Positions 1 to 12,290 of a stretch of DNA of 64,000 nucleotides are shown one piece after another; positions within the stretch are counted from its first letter, which is position 1; every line of letters starts with the position of its first letter. Below the pieces are notes generated by a model. It saw nothing but the letters and a program-made list of their open reading frames with translations. It searched no databases and was not told the DNA's origin. Source of the stretch: Octopus bimaculoides (lineage: Eukaryota); NCBI RefSeq assembly GCF_001194135.2, contig NC_068985.1, positions 29,835,050 through 29,899,049 of the forward strand, in the 5' to 3' direction. The translations under genes and the position numbers were made by a program.

Positions 1-793
1 AGGTTACAAGTGTGTATAGAATTCTCAACCACATCCTTACCTAATTCAATGAGGGATGTAGTTCAGATGAATGAAGCAAGAACCTATTATTGAAATTGAT
101 GGAGAATCGATACAGGTTTTATGTGTGCGCTTGTATGCATACGTGTGCGCGCACACACACAAACACACACAAGTCATTTCTGATCCTAGGTGGAGTTAGA
201 AATAGGGTTTTATTCATACAGTCTGCAAATAATTATAGTGTAGCAGAGTCAAACTGCTGTTATCAGGTGAATATGAAACATACATATCTATCTATCTATA
301 AGTGTATACACACACACACTCTCTCTCTCACTGTCTTTCACACACACACACACACAGAATGCTTCAGTTTTACTTCAATCTTTATTACTATGTGGATCAC
401 TAGAAAACAAAAGAAAAGAAAAGAACATTATCTTGAAGGCAAGAAGACATAAAATTCACACCAGCAGCAGCAGCAACATCATCACGTTGCGAGTGCCCAA
501 CCATCGCTCGTTCTTCTTTTTGGATACAGCAGCTATTTATTTTTTCAGAGGCAATAAGTTTGTGTGGGGTGAAGGAATAAATGTAGGGGTAGGATTAGGT
601 AAACAAAGTTTCCCCACCTACTGCAATAATAAGAGTTTAACTTACAGGTAACAGTACTGCCAGAGGACACACACACACAATTGTACCTACCCCTTTAGGA
701 ATTGAGGTGAGTATATGTGTGTATTTGTGTGTGTGTGTATGTGTCTCTACACTGCTCTCACGTCTAACATTTATACACACACATATATAGTAA

Positions 794-995
794 ATAATGG
801 TTTTAAATTTTGGCACAGTGCCAGCAAATTCAGGGAGGGGATAAGTCAATTACATTGACCTCAGTGCTCAACTGGAACTTATTTTATTGACCTCAAAAGG
901 ATAAAAGGCAAAGGCGACCTCAGCAGCATTTGATCTCAGAATGTAAAAACAGATGAAATGTAGTGTGCTAATGATACTGCCAGCTTGCTGCCTTT
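794..995 (-). mobile_element. tRNA-derived SINE, family B (GGCGAGCTGGCAGAA head; GACTTTGCCTTTCATCC...AATAAGTACCAG body; TTA tail)
   Basis: Matches the reverse complement of better-preserved copies at 18178-18413 and 7866-8055. Confidence 0.8.
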
Positions 996-2207
996 TGTAT
1001 AGTAAATAATGAAAAGACTAAGTCCACCAAGATATCCAATTTTATTAGATCATGCATACTTACATATATTATGTATACTATATACATATATATGTGTGTG
1101 TGTGCGTGTGTGTGTGCATATATATGTATATATACACATATATACATATAACATATATATACATATGTGTATATACATGCATACATATATAAAATTGAAT
1201 ATCTTAGTGTTATCATTATTTAGAAAACGTGTGTGTAAGAGTGTGTGTGTGTGTATTATTAACAGGTTGATTGACATCACATAAGCTTAAGGTTTCCATG
1301 ATACATGGTGAATGCTTTTTCCTTTATCCATACACATACCAGCATATGAGTGTGTGTGTGTGTGTGTGTGTGCGCGTGTGCGCGCATATCTTGATGTATG
1401 TATACATGCATACTCTGATAATTTGTTTTTTTTATTTTAGATAGTCAACAATCTATTCAACATCATAGAATTTTCAAATGATGATTTTTGCCTTTCATCC
1501 TTCAGTGATCAGTAAAATGAGTAGCAGTGGATATAAGTGACTTCATCCTTAATAGAGCCCAGAATTGTCACAGTCCAATGACTGCAGCCAGTCAAAGATT
1601 AAGATGTGCATGGTCTGTCTATCAGTTGTTGGAACTCTTTAATCTTGCAAAATTACAAGGTGACATCACTAATGCTAATAATACAAAAAGAACACTCAAT
1701 ACAATTGGTAAAGTAGTTGGCATTAAGAAGAGTGTCTAGCAGCAGAAATCATGCTAAAACAGAAACACTGGAGCAAGATGTGTTGGTCCTCCAGCCTGCT
1801 GGATTCTGCTGAACTGTCCAACTCATGCCAGCATATGAAGCAGACACAAAATGAGGCACAGACATGGATGTATCATCCGGAAGGAAGTTTGCTTCTCAAT
1901 CGCATGGTTTCAGACAAATGCAAAAACATACATGCAACACTAGCAGGCCTTTTGTGTGTGCATATATGTGTACATGTGCATTTTCTTTATTTGTTTTGCT
2001 CACCAGACCGTGGCCATGTTGGGGTACAGCATTGAAGGGTCTGGTTAAACAAATCCACCCCAGAACTTATTTTATTGATCTCTTGTCAAACTGCTATGTT
2101 ACAGAAATATATATAAAAAAAAAAATCAACATTGGTTGTCAAACTGTCAGGGTGGTGTAGGGGAACAAAAAGATGCACATGCATGCATGCATGCATGTAC
2201 ACACACA

Positions 2208-2570
2208 CCATCGTTTTAACGTCCACTTTTCCCTGCTTGCATGGGTTGGATGGAGTCTATTGAGGCTAATTTTCTTCAGCCAGATGCCCTTCCTGTCACC
2301 AACCCTCACCTGTTTTCAAGCAAGGTAATGTTTCCCTGTAGCTAGACATGTTCTCACAGAATATTGGTAATGAATGACACTGCTTGTATCACAGTGGCAA
2401 TCATTTCACAATGTGATGTGAACCTAGAAGACACAAACACACACATGATGGGCTTCTTTCAGTTATAATCAACCAAATCCATTCACAAAGCTTTGGTCAA
2501 CCCAAGGGACTGAACCTGGAACCATGTGGTTGGGAAGTAAACTTCATATCACACAGCTATGCTTGCACCA
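2208..2570 (-). mobile_element. tRNA/CORE-like SINE, family A2 (RTE-type 3' tail)
   Basis: Family A head (GGTTCAGTCC B-box, GAAAGAAGCCC) joined to a tail ending CATGCAAGC..GGACGTTAAAACGATG; same layout as 6478, 24320, 25538, 46612, 49626. Confidence 0.75.
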
Positions 2571-2599
2571 ATTCACATATGCAAATACATATGCTTGTG

Positions 2600-2865
2600 T
2601 GTTTATATATGTAACCTCGTGGGCATCGGTGCCGAGTTTTTCTTCCTCCGTTTTTCCATTCTTTGAACTTTCCGTCTTTCCGACGAAGGGTTCTGCCCGA
2701 AACATCATACTCTCTCTCTTTCCTTTCCCGAGCGTCCAATAACACTATCCGTATCATGTCNNNNNNNNNNCATCATACTCTCTCTCTTTCCTTTCCCGAG
2801 CGTCCAATAACACTATCCGTATCATGTCCTCACTTTGTTGTTTTTTTGTTATTGTTTTTTGTCTT
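2600..2865 (+). mobile_element. CpG-rich Penelope-type terminal-repeat fragment with degenerate hammerhead motif
   Basis: CCGACGA-A-GGG-TTCTG-CCC-GAAAC-ATC at 2680-2706 resembles the minimal hammerhead found in PLE pLTRs. Confidence 0.5.
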
Positions 2866-4469
2866 TTTTTGAACCTATATATATATATATATATACACAC
2901 ATACACAAGTATGTATATATGTGTGTGCATGTGCCCATATGCACACACACACACACACACACACAAGTGCATTTTTCAGTTGGTTACACTGGAATACTTC
3001 ATTTCAAATGTCAGCATACTCTCCAATCCATAAACATTTTGAAAATATAAAAAAAATATAGCAAAAAAAAAAAAAAATCATTGAATACTTGCTGTACCTA
3101 ATTTCCCTCTATCTCTAATTTGACTGTCCCCCTCCCCTCAAAACACACCCACTCTAATCTCCAGTGCATGGATAGGAAGGTGGAAGTGGCAGTGTGAAAG
3201 GAGTGGACCCTATAAACCAATCCCCCAATCAACCAATAACCAACAGTTCCTTTCCGCCCTAACCCAACAAGACAGCCACCAGCTGAGCTGTGGTAATTTC
3301 ATATAACTTAGCCAGGGCCAAGCCAGAAGGCAGAGAGAGATAAAGCTAATTGGTTTGTTGTCTTTTAACATGATACGATTATGACGATGATGATGATGAT
3401 GATGATAATAATAATAATAATAATAAATCATTTTAATAATTTGATAAAACTGACAATAATGATGATAGTGATGAGGGTTAGGATGATGAGATTGACGGAG
3501 CTGATATAGGGATGATGCGAATGACGATGATGATGATGATGATAAATGAGTCATCCATTAACTACACCTCTCCCCCACTTCTCATTCATCCCAAACATCT
3601 CCCCTCCCTCTACTGGTAAGTAGTCTCTTCCAGACTCCAGCAACAGAAGTGTAAGTGCCCTAACCACCACATACAGAGTGCGAGGTTAGATGGGTAGAGA
3701 AAATAGTTTCAAGCTATGTAAATATGCTTGGGTGCACAAAGTGTGTGTGTGTGTGTGTGTGCACATGTATGTGTGTGTCATCATCTCATCATTTTGTGTC
3801 TGTTCTTCCATGCTAGCACAAACTGGAAGAGTTCTGCCAGTCCATGTGATCGACTTCATCTGGCATACACAGCAACAGAAAAGACAAAAAAAAAAAAACA
3901 AAACAAAAAAAAACAGGTCATCTTTACTGACATGTATGTCTTAAAGAGTGGAATGGATGTATTTTATTGTGCCACTTGTACCACAGAGGTTCCATCATAT
4001 TGGAGGATAAGTTTTGAGATCGATTTTATGTTGTTGGCATGATTTCTCTGAGTGGATGCCTTTCCAATCACCAACTACTTAAACAGTGTACTAGATGCAT
4101 TGCATAATGCTGCCAGTACTAGAGAGGTTGTCTTAAAGAAGGGGACAAAAGTGAAAAATGCATATTCTCTTTTAGAGTTATAGCACACTTAGATGGGTAG
4201 CCAATAATGTTGTACGTAAAGTCCATATACTATATCTGCATATAATGTGTGTGTGTGTGTGTGTGCGTGCATTCTAAACAATATACAACAACTTCTGGTT
4301 ATTAGATGCAGATGTAAGATGTAAGGAAGACAACTTACAACACATAAAGAAGTTATTTCCTGTTGGTGGTAGGAGGATCAAATATATTAAAAAATATGTA
4401 ATATATAATTTAAGTGGCTTAAATAAGGGTCACATAGGAAGAGAAAAACCAAAACTATCCCCGCCAAAA

Positions 4470-6245
4470 TCTAGGTGAAAGACAGAAAATAAACTCATAG
4501 ATTATAATATTTAGCTAAACATAGTCTATGTTATATTGAAGGATCATAAAGAAAATCTTGTTTCTTATCTGAAATATAGATTAATTAATCCAAATAAATC
4601 TGAGATTTGTTTAATTAGCAAGGAAGTCTCCAGCGAAATTAACAGTAATATCAGAATGATAATTAGCCTTTAACAATGAGATAATAGGAGCATGGTCATT
4701 AGCTAAACTAGTAGTATTAATAAGAAAAGCAACTTCAAATTTACCCATATTATTGAATATTATCCTGCTATCTCTACATTCCACCTCACCTAATATTCAT
4801 TAAGATATATAACAACATAGTATTATACATGGTAGAAAAATTATGCCCTCTGACATGATTTTGCCTGGGTCAAAAGAATCACACCCCATGTAAGTATGAG
4901 GAAAGGGGAGTATATAAGAATGGTGGAATATGTGATCTGATAAGATTATCTATCCTAGATACACTAAATATTTTTATTACAATAATCTTTGGCTTATAAA
5001 AAGATGTTGCTGTATCCCAAAATGGTAAAGCAACAGAGCCCAACCATTTTTGGCATCATGCACTTAACAAAATAAAGTGCATAATATATAATTTAATTAT
5101 TACATGTACAATATATATATATATATATATANNNNNNNNNNNNNNNNNNNNNNNNNNNNNNNNNNNNNNNNNNNNNNNNNNNNNNNNNNNNNNNNNNNNN
5201 NNNNNNNNNNNNNNNNNNNNNNNNNNNNNNNNNNNNNNNNNNNNNNNNNNNNNNNNNNNNNNNNNNNNNNNNNNNNNNNNNNNNNNNNNNNNNNNNNNNN
5301 NNTGGAGACATCTGTGTTAAAAGAAATGCTTCAGGTATATTTAGAAAAGTAAATATTAATATCGCCAATAATTTTGGCCAAAAAATAACAATTGTTACTA
5401 ACTTAAGTATCTTTCATTTATTAGACACAACCTTCAATTTAACTTTTTTGTAAACATAATACAGGCTTACATAAATAAAGACTCCACAACTTTTAAGAAT
5501 CAGTTCTGGAATACCTAACCTGTCATCAAATAAGGCTATCCTTGATACACAAACTCCTACAATAAGCTAGAATCTGGTAGGTTCAAAAAGGAGATCATTT
5601 ATACTCCTAACCACACTCTGCCATTTCACAATAAGAATGGAAGTTGTAACATCACCTGACTTACCACCCCCTTCATCTTTAAGTATTAACACTAATATCT
5701 GTAAGAATAAGCATTTCATAGCTTTAATTGATAAGGATTTCCCTATTAGCCACAGATACAGAAGATTATTTAATAGAAACAGTCTTAAACTAAGTTATCA
5801 TCTCATTATTAACATTGTGAATTTAATAACATATAATTAATTGATGTTAACTGCATATGTCAAAATAATAATGCATGCTCCTTTAATGAATCATGTAATG
5901 CTAAAGAGATCATCTATGAAGAAGCCACATCTACCAAGCCAAACCTTGATGTAAGGGTGATGGAAAGTAAATTTAAACAATGGTACTGCAATAATGTCTT
6001 CCTTCTAACATGTAGAAAATAGGAATGCTACAAAACTGTCTTATTACATTTGGCATTAGAAAGAGTGTGCTACAGATTGCAACAAAGATCCTTGAAAGAT
6101 GTGAATCGTATAAAACTGGAATAACAAACACAACTTACGAACAGCTGAGATGAACTTCATACTCAAGAACTGACATGATTCTGCTAAATGCAAGGTCATA
6201 AATATTTATGACATGCCATCACTTTGATAAGTACTTAATGGAAAA
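4470..6245 (+). pseudogene. Degraded Penelope-like retroelement ORF (RT + GIY-YIG endonuclease), interrupted by (TA)n and a gap
   Basis: Frameshifted translations in correct order: ILKDHKENLVSYLKYRLINPNKSEICLISK (~4533), IIEYYPAIS, GGICDLIRLSILDTL, FGL*KDVAV, FGQKITIVTNLSIFHLLDTTFNL, HFIALIDKDFPISHRYRRLFNRNSLKLSY (in ORF 5637-5840), KFKQWY..NATKLSYYIW, FMTCHHFDKYL, all recognisable PLE motifs. Confidence 0.85.
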
Positions 6246-6477
6246 CTGGAATTTAATATCACCACCAGATTGAATGGATCTACACTAAAACATTCACCTA
6301 CACTTTATATTACACCTCCATTACCTTCTCCCTTCAAATCCTGAAGCCTCTTTATTTATTTGACTAATTAATGCATGCAAGTACATATGTTCTATTATAC
6401 ACATACATCTGTAAATGTGTATAGACACTTGTGGTTATGTGTGCGTGCATGTACAAGTATACATACAAACACACACA

Positions 6478-6850
6478 CATGGAGCCTTGGCTGTGTAGGG
6501 AGAAGTTTGCTTCTCAACAATATAGTTTCAGGCTCAGTCCCACTATGTGACAACTTGGGCAAGTGTCTTCTACTATAGCCCCACACTTACAAAAGCCTTG
6601 TTAATAGAACTGAAAGAAGCCTGTCTTATATATATGTGTGCATGGGTGTGTGTGTGTGTGTGTGTTTATGCATGTTACTGCATCTTTGCCTTGACATTGC
6701 ATGATAGCTGTAAACAAATATTACCATCATGTAAGCAATCTCCTTCATTTCCAGGTTGCCGAGAAAAGATGTATAGTCATGGGGAAATATTACTTTACTT
6801 GGAAACAGTTGAGGGTTGGCAACTTGGGAACAAGAAGAGCATTTGGCCCT
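6478..6850 (+). mobile_element. SINE family A2
   Basis: tRNA-like head GGCTGTGTAGGGAGAAGTTTGC..GGCTCAGTCCC, CORE-like ACTTGGGCAAGTGTCTTC, internal (TG)n, partial RTE-type tail. Confidence 0.75.
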
Positions 6851-7163
6851 AGAAAATATGATTCAACCATTTCTGTTTGAGCAAAGAAAAGTGAACATTA
6901 AAATACTGATTATATGCATGTATGTATCTATCTCNNNNNNNNNNNNNNNNNNNNNNNNNNNNNNNNNNNNNNNNNNNNNNNNNNNNNNNNNNNNNNNNNN
7001 NNNNNNNNNNNNNNNNNNNNNNNNNNNNTTTTTTTTTTTTTTTTTTCAAGTTTTCTTCTCTGGTCATTCATGTTTTTAAGTCCTTTAGATTATATATATA
7101 TATACATACACCCCCACCCTTACCCCACAAAATTATCTAATCACTAAAGTAAATTAACTCGTA

Positions 7164-7440
7164 TGTCTTCTACTATAGCCTCGGGCTGACCAAAGCTGTG
7201 TGAGTGAATTTGGTAGACGGAAACTGAAAGAAGCCTGTCATAGATATATATATCTATGTGTTAATGTGTGTGTGTCTTTGTATCTGAGTTTGTTCCCCCA
7301 CCATAACTTGACAACCGATGTTGGGGTGTTTACATCCCTGTAACTTAGTGTCCTGGATGTCAATTTCTTCAACTAAAACTCTTTAAGGTGGTGCTCCAGC
7401 ATGGCCACAGTCAAATGATTGAAACAAGTAAAAGAACAAA
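7164..7440 (+). mobile_element. SINE family A1, 5'-truncated
   Basis: Matches A1 body and the GGTGCTCCAGCATGGCC..GAAACAAGTAAAAGA end. Confidence 0.8.
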
Positions 7441-7719
7441 AGAAAGAGTATGAATTGTGCTCCTCAGAACATTCCTATCTCAGCATGCATCCAGTGTAAG
7501 TTGCATGTTATTTGGAATTATCTAATTTGTTGGTTATGACACTTGTCTAATGATTGCTTAATTATTCATTTTAACAAAACATGAATCATAAGAGTTACAA
7601 TATTATTTCTTTTATAATGAACTATATTAACTACATTGAGTTTATATCTGTACAAATAACCATTTCTTACACACATATAGTATAATGTCAAAAACAATTA
7701 AGTAAAACAACAAAGAAAG

Positions 7720-7760
<41 letters not shown>

Positions 7761-7772
7761 TATGTATATGTA

Positions 7773-7830
7773 TATGAGGCCTGATCAAAAAGTATTGGGA
7801 TTGTTGCTATGGCAACAAAGCTAAAGTATA
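7773..7830 (+). mobile_element. Mariner/Tc1-type TIR remnant
   Basis: TA|TGAGGCCTGATCAAAAAGTATT next to (TA)n resembles mariner terminal repeats; no partner TIR seen. Confidence 0.35.
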
Positions 7831-7865
7831 GTAGAAAGGATTGTTGCTGTTGCTGCTGTTGTTAT

Positions 7866-8640
7866 TAAGGCAGCAAGCTGGACAAAATGCTTAGCAATAT
7901 TTCACCATTGCTACGTTCTGAGTTAAAATTCTACCGAGGCCAACTTTGTCTTTCATCCTTTTGGGGTTGATAAATTAAGTACCAGTGGAATAAATCGACT
8001 AGTCCCCTCCCACAAAATTTCAGGCCTTGTGCTTTCAGTAGAAAGGATTATTATTCATGTGATCATGTGATTGACCAGATTATTGGATTTTGTTATACCT
8101 CAATGGTCACAATGTGCTTTGCATCATTTTAGCTTTTGAATGGCGCCACCCCACTGTTGGCAAGCAGCCAACATTCCTCCTGATCACAAGGCTAGTCCAG
8201 CAACACGAAATGAACTGTTTTGCTGAAAAACACAACACACAGCCGGTCTGGGAATTGAAACCACTATCTCACAATCATGAGTGCAACATATTTAATGACT
8301 AGGCCATGTGCCTTCACCTATTATTATTAATATGATGGAAATGGTAGAGCACCAGACTAAATACCTTTCATTATTTAACTTTGTCATTCATTCATCCAAA
8401 GACCAATAAAGTACTAGTTGACTACTAGGACTGATTAAATTAACTATACCCTCTCCCAAAATTTGTGGCCTTGTGTCAATGTTACAAACTGACACCAACT
8501 TTGCCTTTCAGCCCTCCAGGGTCAGAGAAATAAAGTACCAGTCAAGTACTGGAGTTAATGGCATCAACTACTACCTCTCTTATCAAAATTACTGGTTTTG
8601 TTCCTAAATCGGAAACCATTATTATTATTATTATTATTAT
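7866..8640 (+). mobile_element. Cluster of three family B SINE copies (7866-8055, 8335-8480, 8488-8640) with a family F SINE (8060-8318, minus) between them
   Basis: Repeated CCTTTCATCC/AAGTACCAGT/GGCCTTGTG motifs, copies ending in (TTA)n. Confidence 0.7.
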
Positions 8641-8721
8641 TAGCAGTAAGAGTTTGCTCTGGCATTCCATCACAACCTTCTTTTATTTCCTTCTCAACTA
8701 CTCATCTACCCCTATATACAG

Positions 8722-8938
8722 TGGAGGTGCGTTGTGGCTTAGTGGTTGGGGTGTTGGGACTCAAGATCGTAAGATCGTGGTTTTGATTTCTGGACTGGGC
8801 AACATGTGTTCATTTCATGTTGCTCCAGTCCACTCAGCTGGCAAAAATGAGTAATCCTGTCACGGACCATTGCCCCATCCAGGTGGGGAATATATATGCC
8901 AGGAAACCAGCTCTTATGAGACGGTATGACTTGAGAAG
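8722..8938 (+). mobile_element. tRNA-derived SINE, family F (GTGGAGGTGCGTTGTGGCTTAGTGGTT head)
   Basis: A/B-box-like head, CCAGTCCACTCAGCTGGCAAAAATGAGTA body; relatives at 8060, 43790, 54715. Confidence 0.6.
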
Positions 8939-9164
8939 GTAACTTTTTTTTAACCCTATATACAATGCAGGGTAGCCATGTATCTCCCCTTTATAGCAAG
9001 AGACTCAAGCTTGTCCCTATATCATATTTCAGTTTGTCAATGCCTGGCATAAAACCAACTTCCTCTCACAAAGAACCCCTCCCTCCACTTGGTAGTGGGA
9101 GCTCTTTCCTTGTTCATTTTCTGTCTAGCAAGCAATCTCAGCAACCTCATTAGGGCCAGTGGCA

Positions 9165-9345
9165 CAAAAACAATACCCTGTACACACTGTAATGTGATTG
9201 ACATTAGGAAGGACATCCAATAAAAGAAATCATGTCAAAGCTTACACTGGAACTCGGTACAGCCTTGCAGCTCACAGGATCCTGTCAAACTCCTAACCCA
9301 TGCAAGTATGAAAAACAGATGTTAAATGATAACGATGATGATGAG
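9165..9345 (+). mobile_element. RTE-type 3' tail fragment (family D)
   Basis: GGAAGGACATCC..CCCATGCAAGTATGAAAAACAGATGTTAAATGAT followed by (GAT)n; similar pieces at ~1690, 16318 (-), 21745 (-), 49385. Confidence 0.6.
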
Positions 9346-10784
9346 GGTGATGATGATGATGATATTTTGTGTTGAAGAAGGCTAGATCTTCTCAACTTCT
9401 TGTACCACATCTCTGACAACAAATAATTCTTGTTGAATGCTTCTAAGATTCCATAACTGAAAATGTGGAAGGTAGGTGGGTGGGTGCTAGGTCAGGGTAT
9501 TAGGATTAAACCAGAGATTTATTTGTTTCTTCTAGAATATGGAGAAGACACTGACAAATGAGATGTCAGTCATCATAACTTAATGAGGACACTCATTAAA
9601 AAATACAACAAATAAAAAAAACAACTAATTTGTTATTTAACTCAACACATTTCTTGAAGAAGTGGGGGATGATGACGAAGAGGTGATGATCCATGTGACC
9701 TTTTTTTTTAGGAAATATGATAAGCTAATGTTTGTTTCCAAGACATATAAACCTGATGTAGCAGACAAAACAGCAGCAGTAGCAAGCCAACAAAGGAACC
9801 TCTATGTGGTCAGTCAATTTTCTAGAAATAGCAACCAAATCTTCTTTATATTGTATCCTGCTTATCTTAAAAAAAAGGCACATGGGATAATATAGTTTGG
9901 GTATTCTAAATTTAGATGAGAAAGAATAAATAAATGGTTGTGGCTAAACAAACAACAGCAATAGTATCATGAACAATGATTTCTTACACTGGAATAATGG
10001 TAACACCTAACTTGGAATTTGAACTCCAGATCAGTAAGTGATGAAACTATTCTACCATCCTTCCAATCAAACTTATAAATAGCAATGATGATGATGAAGA
10101 TGACAGGAGGAGGAGGAGGAGAAGACAAAGAAGAAAAAGAGGGGTGTTATAGACATTGTGTGTGTGTGTGCGCACACACACATATATGTATATACACACA
10201 CAATGTCTAAAAGCGTGTGTACGCATCTAAATGCCGACCAGCTGACGCCACTGATGGAGCTGTTGAGCCGTTCAAGCCAGTGATATAACAAGACATCGTT
10301 AGAGGCAAAAGATGTTAATTAATTAGGAAACAAGGAATCCGCAGAATGTACAACATTTTCCTTGGAGATTTTTCTTTTCTTTTAATCATTTCTATTTTAT
10401 TCTTTAATTTTTGTTTATTGTAGTGAAATGGCTGAATGATGGTGGTATTGGTGATGGTGGTAATAATGATGAAAGCTATTGTAGTATTGGTTGTTGTTGT
10501 GGTAGTTGCAGCAGAGATAATGGTGGTGTTGGTGTAGGTGTTGGTAGTGATGGAGCTAGAGGTTGCAATGTTACCAATGTTTATACTGTTAGTATATAAT
10601 GAAAATGATGACGATGACGAGAATGGATGTCAATGAGGATGCTGACAATGAAATTATCTGTACCAAAAAAGTTACCCATGACACCCATTATCTTCTAATT
10701 TAGATTCTAAATGGTAAAATAAACCAAAACTATTCATGAAATTCAACGGAAAACTTGTGCAATTTAGAATTTGTCAACAAGACA

Positions 10785-11152
10785 CAGGCATGGCTGTGTG
10801 GTTAGAAGTTTGCTTCTCAGCCATATGGTTTTGGGTTCAGTCCCGTTGCATGACACCTTGGGCAAGTGTCTTCTACTAATAGCCTCAGGCTAACCAAAGC
10901 CTTGTGAGTGGATTTGGTAGGCGGAAACTGAACTGTGTCTCTGTGAGTGTTCATCCCCTGCCACCGTTTGAAAACCAGTGTTGGTGTGTTTACATCCGGG
11001 TAACTTAGTAGTTTGGCAAAAGAGGCTGATAGAATAAGTACCAAGCTTTAAAAAAAAAAAGGAAGTACTGAGGTCGATTCATTTGACTGAAATTAGTTCA
11101 AGTTATTGCTCCAGCATAGCCGCAAGTCTAATGACTGAAACAAGTAAAAGAT
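10785..11152 (+). mobile_element. SINE family A1, full length (tRNA head, CORE-like domain)
   Basis: CAGGCATGGCTGTGTGGTTAGAAG..GGGTTCAGTCCC..CACCTTGGGCAAGTGTCTTC..GAAACAAGTAAAAGA; possibly related to octopus OR-type CORE-SINEs (unverified). Confidence 0.85.
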
Positions 11153-11249
11153 AACTGAAAACTAAAAGATAACAATGAAAAAATTTCCCTGTTTAGTGTA
11201 ATTTGAGGTTACCAACCTCAAATCCTACCGGGTGACTACCCACCAATAA

Positions 11250-11700
11250 AGCAGAAGAAAGCTTACTGAAACAAGGTGTACACTGGCACAATTCAGCTCT
11301 GGATTTTGGACCATATCATATGAGTATAGCAAATGAATAGATTCAGATGCCATCAACATGCGTCTAGGTTTCAGTGGCACTACACATGATGTCCTATATC
11401 TCTTCCAGTGTAGTTAATTAATCCTGCTAGTCTAAATATACTGGACCAATAGAACAACCCCAGGAAAGCATCAGAATAACATCAACTTGAATTGCAGCAA
11501 TGTACAGGACTTCTAATGAAGCAATCATCACAACAACCTGGAATTTGTCTGAGGAAGGAGAAAGGAACAAACTGTACTGGTTAGTGATACGTGATGCTGC
11601 AAAAGACTTGTACACCCACTACAGCATGTACTCTGAATCAAGGGCAGTGTTCAGAGGCTGCAATAATTGTACCCTGCTAAACTTACATTTGCTATCTGCA
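11250..11700 (+). pseudogene. Possible degraded HERO/R2-group non-LTR ORF fragment
   Basis: Weak frameshifted motifs KQGVHW, MRLGFSGTTHDVL, LSEEGERNK..AAKD, lying upstream of the HERO-like 3' end at 12050. Confidence 0.3.
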
Positions 11701-12049
11701 CCCCCTTACATCCTTGACTCCCTCTCTCAACTACCTATCTACCTACACACACACACACAAACAAAGTTTCTTTCTCAAAAATTCACTCATAATGTTATGG
11801 TTGGCCTGAGGGTATAATAAAGGATGCTTGTCCAAGGTGTCACACAATGGAACTGAACTGGACACCACATGATTGTAAAATGAAATTGTTAACTATATGG
11901 CCACACACACACACACACACACACATTGTATATGAGCCAATGATGGATGCACTATACAACCACTCAGAAAGAGCAGCCAAACAACCCTCAAATTGCATTC
12001 TTCCATCTGAAAGAAAAGGTAGAAAACAGGGCTTGGAGTTACTGATGCA

Positions 12050-12290
12050 ATAAAGAGGAGGGTAATAAATTGCATCACCAAAGCACCAGAGAGGGGTTTG
12101 GTTGAAGGGGACAGACCAGAGGTTTGTTGCTACTTTGATACAAGCTAAGACTTGATTAACTCCTGTTGAGTCAACTGGATGAGGAAGTCCGATGTTGAAA
12201 GACCCAAAACCCCTTGAAACCCAACAAACATCACTGATGATGCATCTCAGTGCTTCCATGAGATGTATCTTGGAACTAGATAACAATATC
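12050..12290 (+). mobile_element. 3' end of a HERO-like (R2 superfamily) non-LTR retrotransposon
   Basis: ITKAPER..WLKG then GATGTTGAAAGACCCAAAAC..CATCACTGATGATGCATC..GAGATGTATCT, which matches my recollection of HERO 3' ends. Confidence 0.5.

Noticed and set aside
2703-2828. 58-bp direct duplication (2703-2760 / 2771-2828)
   Set aside because: It sits exactly on both sides of a 10-N gap, so it is an unmerged contig overlap and not a real repeat.
11201-11223. Perfect 10-bp stem palindrome ATTTGAGGTT-ACC-AACCTCAAAT
   Set aside because: Isolated and short; could arise by chance in 64 kb of AT-rich DNA.
12234-12285. CTGATGA followed by a 9-bp hairpin (hammerhead-like)
   Set aside because: No GAAA follows the stem; it belongs to the HERO-like 3' end.
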